A stretch of DNA of 64,000 nucleotides from Octopus vulgaris (taxonomy: Eukaryota): NCBI GenBank assembly GCA_951406725.2, contig OX597832.1, positions 42,656,001 to 42,720,000 on the forward strand. Reading direction: 5' to 3'. Shown in pieces: positions 53,920 to 64,000 of this stretch. Every line of letters begins with the position of its first letter. Within the stretch, counting starts at the first letter, position 1. Under the pieces are notes generated by a model, which had not been told where the DNA came from, searched no databases, and saw only the letters and a list, made by a program, of their open reading frames with translations. Made by a program: the position numbers and the translations under genes.

Positions 53920-55170
53920 TAAAGCTAATTTGATTAATAGCGATGTTGTCATGAAGTGTGATGGCCACAAGTCTCTTCAAATCTCAAGAATCTTAAAATT
54001 CTCACAATATACACGCTGGCACCTTTCTGCTACTTTCCCTATCTCAAATTCTAATATCTTTCAGCCTCTTATGTAGTTGCTTAGTTGTATCAAAATAGAC
54101 CAGTTACTACAGGAACTATTGTTACCTTTGTCTTCCTCGAGATCTTTCTCTCTCTGACTATGTCATGATATTTCTCAATTATCTTGACTTAGGTATCCAC
54201 GCTCTGTTATCATACATTATTGCAAAGTCTAAGATCGTACTTTGTTTTTATTTCTGTTTTCTGCAATCATATCTGGTCTGCTTCAAATATATCGTTAGAC
54301 TTTATGAAGAAACCCTATAAAATCCTGTATAAATCATTCACCATCACGTTCAAACCACTTTATAACTTTGAATATACACGCCCGCTTAACATTCCAATGC
54401 AATTTTTTACGAACACAATCATGCTTGCACTTATACTCTTTTCAAGATAGCTTACTGCATTAAATCATGTGATGATTAATATCTTCGTCTCCTTTTTCAC
54501 TGTTTCTGCATTTTCTCTCAGAGTAAGTTTTGTGAATCTTTACTTTTATCAAATCCGTTCTAATCATTTGTTCCTAAGCATCTACAGCAGTTTCTCGCTT
54601 CATGTATTCATCCACCAACCACAACCAGCGTTCTTTAGTTCCAGCAGCTTCTGTTTGCTGCCTGAATTGGCTACGTAATTCCTTCTCTAGCCAGCCATTT
54701 TTTTTTTCTTTTACGTCGTTCGTACTTCTCTACTTGAATTCTAAAACTTCACTGATGTTTGGGATACATCTGGCTGCAGACAGTAAAAGCATAGTTTTTG
54801 AAACCCCCAGTATCATACTCCCGATTGTGTCTACTTTTCATTTACTAATAAGTAAAATAGATCGACATTACATTTAGAGTGGTATGCGTAATACATTGTA
54901 GGCAGCTTCCTACTCCATTTTATTCCTGTGGCTTTGTCTTTGTCCATTTTAGAAAACGAGTAGAGTGGCTCAATACTGGCATGGCCGATGTATTAATTGC
55001 TTCAATAAGATTCTCAGCATTTCGTTTTGTTTCGCGCATCTTCCTAAGGTTTCCTTCGTTCATTCTCTATCATTTCTCCTTTATCCCATTATCCTATCAT
55101 CCTGCAGCAGCCTTAGGTACTTCTAACCCTTTATTATTTCTCAGTGCTCTAATGATATCATATCATTATG
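53920..55170 (-). pseudogene. Highly decayed R4/Dong-clade LINE (RT thumb to RLE)
   Basis: Minus-strand remnants KYLRLLQ, NLIEAINTSAMPVLSHS..LKWT, TMYYAYHSKCNVDLFYL and EKYHDIVRE...KVTIVPVV. The 3' end faces the (TAA)n at 53893-53916. Confidence 0.7.
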
Positions 55171-55203
55171 TGGCAATTTCATGATGTCAGAGTTAATCTT
55201 TCG

Positions 55204-55700
<497 letters not shown>

Positions 55701-55703
55701 TAA

Positions 55704-55912
55704 AGGTGGCGCGCAGGCAGAATCGTTACCACGCCGGACAAAACGCTTAGTGGCATTTCGTCCGTCTTCATATCGACTTTGCTTTTTCATCCTTTCGGAG
55801 TCGATTGAATAAGCACCACACCAGTGGTGCACTAGGATCGATGTAATCGACTAGTCCCGCCCCTCCCCCTCCCCAACCCACCAAATTTCAGGCCTTGTTC
55901 CTATAGCAGAAA
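55704..55912 (+). mobile_element. SINE family B, diverged
   Basis: Head aggtggcgcgcaggcagaatcgttacc, following (ATT)n. Confidence 0.8.
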
Positions 55913-56095
55913 TGATTATCATAAAAAGCGGATCCGACGCTGTTACAAGCACGTGAACCGGGGTCTCCGGTTTGAAGATATATCTACCTCCTTCCTTCCT
56001 TTCTTCTTTCCTCTCATCAAGTCTTGGAGCCTCATATAAAAGGTCATGACCACTGCCTTTAATCCTGACTATAAGATAAAAAAAATAGACATATA

Positions 56096-56509
56096 GGCGC
56101 AGGAGTGGCTGTGTGGTAAGTAGCTTGTTTACCAACCACATGGATCCGGGTTCAGTCCCACTGCGTGGCACCTTGGACAAGTGTCTTCTACTATAGCCTC
56201 GTGCCGACCAAAGCCTTGTGAGTGGATTTGGTAGACGGAAACTGAAAGAAGCCCGTCGAATAAATGTATGTATATATATATATGCGTGTGTGTGTTTGTG
56301 TGTCTGTGTTTGTCCCCCAAGCATTGCTTGACAACCGATGCTGGTGTGTTTATGTCCCCGTTACTTAGCGGTTCGGCAAAAGAGACCGATAGAATAAGTA
56401 CTTGGCTTACAAAAAAGAATAAGTCCCGGGGTCGAGTTGCTCGATTAAAAGGCGGTGCTCCAGCATGGCCACAGTCAAATGACTGAAACAAGTAAAAGAG
56501 TAAAAGAGT
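56096..56509 (+). mobile_element. SINE family A, full length
   Basis: Near-identical to 2377-2795, with an (AGTAAAAG)n tail. Confidence 0.93.
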
Positions 56510-57860
56510 ATACTGAACAGCAAAGCAAAACAGAACAAGGGATGGTCTTAGCTGGAAGGCTTTTGATCATCCAAGTCAATTCGACCAGGCCTGACAAGAA
56601 GCGAAACAACAGTAATAACTGCAATTTCTGTTTGGGCTACAAATCATTCGTATTATGATTACACAGCTTTTGTGAAAAAAAAAAAAAAAAAAATAATCGA
56701 TACGCATTGATTGACAAATAATGTGTTGTCTCATCGATTTCTCGGGATTCAATCAATTGTTACTGTAGCTGACTTTATTATTAGCAATCTGTTGTTGCTG
56801 TTGTTGTTGTTGTTGTTGTGGCAGTTTTTTGTCGATACATCACACCACCGCATTAATGCTTATCTCTCATCTTCTTTTATCTCTCTCTAGCTCTGTAACT
56901 TGACTGGGCAAAGAAAGCGCGTGCGCAAATACACACACGCACACACATACGCACGTACACATACACATATGCATATATATATGTATGTATAATATATGTA
57001 TACATCTATGTATGTTTTATATATATATATACATATACATAAAATTTCTAATCCAAACCTGTAGAGATACAGAAGAAATAAATGGAATCGAAAATACTCA
57101 GAGAATATATGAAGATTAATTTAAATCTTAATATACATACATACATATATGCATACATACACGCATACATACGTATATACATACATACACACACTTTCCC
57201 TGTGTGACCCTTGACGATAAAATTTATATTACAGCGCTCAAGTTCCAGAAATCTCACCAACCGTGCTTAGAACTCAGATGTCATTTAGCATTATGAAAAT
57301 GATATGCTTAAAATGATTGTAGAATGTATACAGCTTCAAACAATTTGATGCTGCAGTTTTTTGAGAATTTTCTTCGCAATCGTTAGACAACATACCATTT
57401 TTGATAACAGCAGGGGCTAAAAACGAAATACTCTTCTGCTAAAGTTTATTAACAATATCGTCAGTGGTTTTCTATCATGTTTTTCTTATGGATCCGCCTT
57501 CATTTCTATTTTACGCGAATTGACCGCCTTAGCCAACAATCCTACTATATTTTCATAATTGAATATTATTAGGAATTGTATTAAAAATTCTTTTAAATAT
57601 TTTGTGTATCGTAGAAGTATAAGTAATTTATGGCGCATAAATGCTAACAACAAAATCTCACATGAATCCCCCAAGGACCATATGGATCCCGGTTGATAAC
57701 CGCTGGTTTAGACAATATCATTTGAGAATGTATCAAAGCATGTGTGAATGTCTATTTTGTTCTGGAGTCGTAGGACTCTTAAGACCAGTTATCCAGGTTT
57801 CGTGTTGCGCCCGGGATCACACAATATCCCTTTGAACGGGATACTCGTCCATGCCAGAGT

Positions 57861-58241
57861 TCAAGGTCAGAATTTTTGAGGGGAGGAGCAAGTCGATTAC
57901 ATGGCCTCCAGCACTTGACTGGCACTTGATTTTACCGAGTCCGAAAGGATGAAACGCAAAATTGATCTCGTTGGGATTTGAACTCAGAACGTTAAGAACC
58001 AGAAGAAATGGCGATATCCGTCATGAGGCTAAACATAGAGGGGACAAACAAGGACAGACAAAGGGACTAAGTCGATTACATCGACCCCAGTATGCAACTG
58101 GTACTTAATTTATCGACCTCGAAAGGATGAAAGGCAAAGTCGACCTCGGCGGAATTTGAACTCAGAACGAACGTAGCGGCAGACGAAATACAGCTAAACA
58201 TTTCGCCCGGCGTGCTAACGCTTCTGCCAGCTCGTCGCCTT
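57861..58241 (-). mobile_element. Two adjacent SINE family B copies, one young and one old
   Basis: 58027-58241 is close to consensus; 57861-58015 is diverged. Confidence 0.8.
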
Positions 58242-58799
58242 AATGTTACCTACTGGACGATTGATATTGCGTATGAAGCAGCTGATGTTATTCTAAAAGA
58301 ACACAAGGGAGATGCTTGCAGTGCTTGTGGTAACGAAATAACTGAACGCAAAATGCGAGCAAACCAGACTCGCTAAGAATTTAAAGCAAAATATCAACAA
58401 CCTGCGTCACAGAACCGTGTATTTGAATATCCTCATAGAGTGCATAATGATAAGTTTGATATGCACGCACTGTATTATAAAAAGATATTACTTAAAAGTA
58501 CAGAAATTCTACACGCATAACTCTTTTGAGTGGGAATTATTAAACATCGAAGCATAAGTAGTAAAACTTGCACTGTTAGTACCGAAAAGCTGTGGGAAAG
58601 TTGTATAATAGGAAAACCACGAGGGAGGGACCTGATAACTTGATACTTGCGCAAGATGTCAGCATCCTAGAAAAAGTCACTCACGTGTGTATTTGACGGA
58701 GAGCTATGGAAGACCAAATTGACATAGCACATTGTCTAGCCATAGCGTGGAGAAGATGACATGTAGGAGAGAGATCTTGTTGCAAAAAGCAAAATGATG

Positions 58800-58841
<42 letters not shown>

Positions 58842-59481
58842 GTAATAATAATAATGATAATAATAATAATAGTAATTAATAATGAAAATTTAAGATAAAG
58901 GCACTGGAGTGTAAAAGACTTGTTGCCTGGTTGTAGGCCTGTTGCCCGATGAAATAATATGCGTAATCTTTACTCAAATTGCCCCAACCACGACTACTGC
59001 AAACTCCAACAAGACAGTGATTGATGAGCAGACAAGCAAAAAGAGAAGGGTGTATGGCGATGTAGCGAATCACTTTGAACGAATGAAGTTGAGCTGATAC
59101 AGGACGGCGTTTGACATCCATAAATACATACATATATATAGACATATAGGTTTATATATATATATATGGTTTGTTTTCGAGTATTTTGTTTTTGTCCGGG
59201 AATCTCTTTTTAAAGTAGAGGAAATAGCTAAGGTTCTCTGGTTGCTATTTCTAAACTTCGGTATGTGGTAAAGCAAATCCTTGCTGAACCCTAATTATTA
59301 TATGTATATATATATATATATATATATGTGTGTATGTATGTGGTATATATGTATACACACACAAACACACACACACATATATATATTGTTCTAAAATCTC
59401 TAAGAAATCACAGTAGAGCCTGCTCCAACGGACAGTGGCTACGAATATACGAATATCATATATATATATATATATGTATGT

Positions 59482-59551
<70 letters not shown>

Positions 59552-60410
59552 TAAATGCCTTGGTTCACTACAATATTTGTGTCAGATCGATTTTTACTGA
59601 AAGCATTTCATGCAAAACGTGTCCAAGGGACGCACCAGTTATTCTTTCAAGTTATCGCACCACTCAAGGTTCATTAATTTAAGATCCTGTGTGTCTCTAG
59701 TCATTCTAACAGCTGGCAATAATGGTTTAACTATGTCTCACTGATGAGGATTAATAAGACCAAAACACGCTTGCGTTTGCCTGATGAAGATCAAGCATGC
59801 TTTTCACTAGATTCTCTAATTAATTTCAATTATTTTTTAATGATTTTAATCACTACGTGCGTGTGTGTATGTATGTGTGTGTGTGTGTGTGTATGCGTTT
59901 GTGTATGCGCCAGATTATGTACAATTTTCCCAGCTTATGCATATTAAAGATTTTAATGATTCAACATGTAAAGTGCAAACAGCTCACACATCCTACACGA
60001 GCACACACATCACACACACGCACACATTCGCGCACTCTCACACACACACTCGCACACAGACACTCTCTCTCTCACTCACGCGCGCACACTCACACGCTCA
60101 CACACACATACGGACATGTATATATCTAGAAAGTGTTAGAGATATGTAAACACCGCAGCTAGAAGGAGGAATGTGACAAGCGGACATTTAATTCGCTTAC
60201 CCATCACGGCCGCGGTTTACCAAAAGTCTACGTAACCTTTGACATTATCATCGCCGTGAAAACTTAATACGCCATTTTGTTTTATAATAACGTACACAAC
60301 CGATTTGATTTTCACATCTCTTTGCCTACATTCCACCATCTTCTTCCCCCCCCCCCCCCATTCTCTCTATCTCTTCTTTTTGGCAGCCCTGTGTGGCTAA
60401 TAAAGAAACA

Positions 60411-60503
<93 letters not shown>

Positions 60504-60582
60504 GCCAGTCTGCCTGCCTGTCTGTCTGTCTATCCGTCTGTCTGTCTGGCTATCCGTCCATCCGTCTCTTTGTCTGCCTGTC

Positions 60583-60622
<40 letters not shown>

Positions 60623-60635
60623 CCTACCTACCTAC

Positions 60636-60750
<115 letters not shown>

Positions 60751-61057
60751 CCTACCTACCTATCTATCTATCTGTCCGTCTGTTAGTTCGTCAGCTTGTC
60801 TAGCTGTCTACCAAATCCTTGGCATAGTTATGCATTACTTTATAAATCTCTCACGCTCTTTCTTTCGCTCTTTCTCTGATTGTTTGTTTGTTTGTCAGTC
60901 TGCTTAAAAGTCTATTTGTCTCTGTCTCTCAGTCCATCTCTCTAATTATGTTTGTCTGTGAAGTACGTCACAAATATTTAACTTACCTTCTTTCTGCTTC
61001 AATTTTTATATCTCTTTGTGTGTGTGTGTGTCTATCTATCTATCTATCTATGTATCC

Positions 61058-61158
<101 letters not shown>

Positions 61159-61639
61159 CCTATCTATTTCTCTGTTTACCTTCCTGTCAGTCATTGAAAA
61201 TGTGATTTTTTTTCCAGGATTACAGAATGGAAGAAAAAATGCCCCTCACCAAAAGTGTTGGCAATATCTAAGCGTTCACTCTGTTTGTCGGAGTAAAAAG
61301 GAGGGTTCGCCCCAAGAAATTTTATTGTGAAAAAATATTTTTTGTCAGACATCCATTTTACTTTAATTGTTAATCGTTCAACACAACCACAAATGTTGTA
61401 TCAGACACTAACCACAATAATGGTAGCAGTTAATACTGCCGCCATATATTTGCAGAAACAGTCACAAAGTCAGAGAAAGAAGATTGGAATAAAAAATGAC
61501 AGTTGAACGAATCGACATTGTAGCAATTTAATAAGTCAAGCGTAAAAAAAATGGTGGACATGCATATTTAAATGACAATGTCAAAATATTTTCCAGCAAC
61601 AACACAACTTTTGCTAATGCAACAAAATAATTACAGGAG

Positions 61640-62245
61640 TTAAACATGGATCAGCTCAAGATAAAAGTAAAATATGGAAGAGATATGTTACAAAAGAGAG
61701 TGCCTACTAGCTCGAAAGTATTTAACCATGGATGTGTAAGAAAGAAAGTGACAAACTGTTGTTTAAAAGTGAGACGAAAGGTGTCTCCATATAACCTCGA
61801 AATAAGAACTGAAGGGAGGTGTAATCGATGTGTGGCAAGTCATATAGAAGAATTAGTCTACCATTGAAAACACAGGATATAACGAGAAGACAGAGCTCAG
61901 TACTAACTGTCCGCCAACACGATGACGGATGTATAGCACATAGATGAACAAGAAGAACACAAGGGTACGATCAGAGACAGTAGTGTCAATGTAGACCCTT
62001 GGCTTGTAATTAACTTTGCAGCAGCGTACAGAAAATTCGTGATTGCGAAAATCGAATTGTCGTGTTTGCATGAACATCTAGGTCTTGACGACATCCGACG
62101 GCCACGAGTCTGTCTTGGAGTGAACCGCATATTCGGTTAAAGTGTTGATGTAGAGTAGAAAGCCCATCACGACAAGTGTGGAGACCAGAAAATATCAAGA
62201 TCTCTTGACCTAATAGAAAAAGAGATTACTAGAAGAGGATGGCCT
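61640..62245 (+). pseudogene. Possible very old RTE-like LINE 3' remnant
   Basis: Only scattered motif-like remnants (RCVASH, RRGWP near the end) before a (CTA)n tail. Confidence 0.3.
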
Positions 62246-62249
62246 TACT

Positions 62250-62327
<78 letters not shown>

Positions 62328-62340
62328 AATAATAATAATA

Positions 62341-62490
62341 ACATCGAAAAATACCTCAGGAATGAGAACCCAGGTTCGAAATTTCCCCAAGACACCCGAA
62401 GAAGTCTGGAGGGTATATCAGCCGAAACGATGTGTTAGCAACAAACAAGATGAGGACAAATATCAGTCGAATGTAAAAAATGTAAATATA
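62341..62490 (+). mobile_element. Penelope-like terminal segment with decayed hammerhead at 62391-62436
   Basis: gacac-CCGAAGAA-GTCTG-gagggtatat-CAGCC-GAAA-CGAT-gtgtt, preceded by a second stem-plus-GAAA (GAAC-ccag-GTTC-GAAA). Confidence 0.55.
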
Positions 62491-63165
62491 AAAGTTTGGG
62501 ACACGTTTCTCAAATCCCAGTTAATCCGGACGCATTAAATCTAAATGTCCGTCTCAGTTCGTGTTCTTAGTCTATGGATATCTAACATAAACACAAGACC
62601 TATGATTTCTGTAGAGATGTTTAATGTGCAATAAGATGACCTCAGTTTTTCATTGGTTCTTATTTTATCGACTTCTGGAATGTAAAGATTTGTAAACTAG
62701 ATTCCAAGAGTCATTTTATCCAACATTCAATCAGATTTTTATCTTGAATCACCCTGCTGTGTATAGCGGAGTAATGAGCGATAAAACCACCTATGTCTGT
62801 TGTCCCAGTGGTATATTCAAGAAAAAAATAATTAAATCTGGTCTTATCTCCAGATTATGAGTTATTTCCATATGTTTTCCAAGTAAGTTGCATTCAGAGA
62901 GACACAAGAAAAACAAACAAATAAAAAACGGAAAGAAAATAGGATAAAAAAAAAAATTAATTTCGTTGTTGTCCTTAATGTTTCGTAATTCAATAATTTG
63001 ATTAAAATATCAGAAAATTAATTCGTACGCACAGACACAGACACACAGACACACACACACACATATACATGAATATATATATGCACACATACAAAAATAT
63101 ATAACACGAAGACGAGGTAGAAAAACAGTGTATTAGATTCACATGTATGTATATGTTTATGAATA

Positions 63166-63219
<54 letters not shown>

Positions 63220-63226
<7 letters not shown>

Positions 63227-63433
63227 AGACCTATACGTGACACATTCATACACACACACACATATACATGTATACATATTCATATACATAGCATATAGAT
63301 AGATAGATATAGACTTATATATATATATATATATATATATATGTAATATATACATATATATAACTATATATATATATACATATATAAAAGTCTATATCTA
63401 TCTATATGCTATGTATATGAATATGTATACATG

Positions 63434-63464
<31 letters not shown>

Positions 63465-63494
63465 ATGAATGTGTCACGTATAGGTCTATACATA
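63220..63494. repeat. Inverted duplication (~100-bp arms) around a (TA)-rich spacer
   Basis: tatagacctatacgtgacacattcatacac...agactt (63220-63316) is mirrored by aagtct...gtgtatgaatgtgtcacgtataggtctata (63388-63494). Confidence 0.9.
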
Positions 63495-64000
63495 ACTTAC
63501 ATATACATACATACATACTTACAAACACATACTCATATGTTTGTGTAAGATTAGAAGTTAGTTATTAAAATATATTATTGTCAAGAATGTGGCGCCGTCA
63601 TGTAACCGCAGTGTGATTCATTAGTAATACGACATTGTTTTGTAAATAACCGAGGTTACTTGAGCAGAACAACTCACACTTAGCGTGTCTGCATGCGATA
63701 CAGTACACGCAAAATTTGGACACTACAGTAACCCATCGGAAAAGTCTCTTCTGCTAAACAAGTCCCTCGCTTATTACAGTTACGAATTCCACTTAAATGT
63801 TATGACGTATTTACAGTTAGCAGCATTACATCTGAGAAAGTCAGTTGTACTTTCTAGGGGCATAACAAAATATACAACCATTCATATACGATGCCAGTTT
63901 GAGGGTAAATGAAGGAGTAGTAAGAAGTGACTTTAGAAAATGAATGCCGTCTGGGTTTTCAGTGTGGAATGGAGTCGGTTAGAAGAAAGTGAAACCGTGT

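Noticed and set aside
57641-57835. VDNRW motif suggesting a Helitron Rep
   Set aside because: Only a five-residue match with no supporting flanking motifs.
59735-59800. Two CTGATGA cores in tandem
   Set aside because: GAAA is mutated (CAAAAC) and stem I is unclear, so it is counted only as a possible decayed remnant.

Overview
This is eukaryotic, AT-rich, extremely repeat-dense DNA, almost certainly from an octopus (coleoid cephalopod), judged by SINE families resembling the octopus OK/OR tRNA-SINEs. I found no host protein-coding exon, rRNA, real tRNA or CRISPR array, so it reads as a long intron or gene desert. Nearly all ORFs in the track are microsatellite artefacts. The window holds: (i) microsatellites of many types; (ii) about 35 copies or fragments of three tRNA-derived SINE families, here called A, B and C; (iii) decayed mariner transposases and MITEs; (iv) R4/Dong-type restriction-like-endonuclease LINE fragments, several ending at (TAA)n; (v) RTE fragments; (vi) Penelope-like RT and GIY-YIG fragments. 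The most interesting layer is several families of short, non-coding Penelope-type pseudo-LTRs that sit in (TA)n tracts. They carry minimal type-I hammerhead-ribozyme motifs with palindromic stem III and recurrent non-canonical cores (A6U, U4C, U3:A8 covariation), and often form fold-back palindromes, including a ~2 kb hairpin at 51876-53872. Also notable are SINE B head-to-tail concatemers that share one junction at several loci and a SINE C head joined to four different tails. All calls come from reading and hand translation; no database search or folding program was run.
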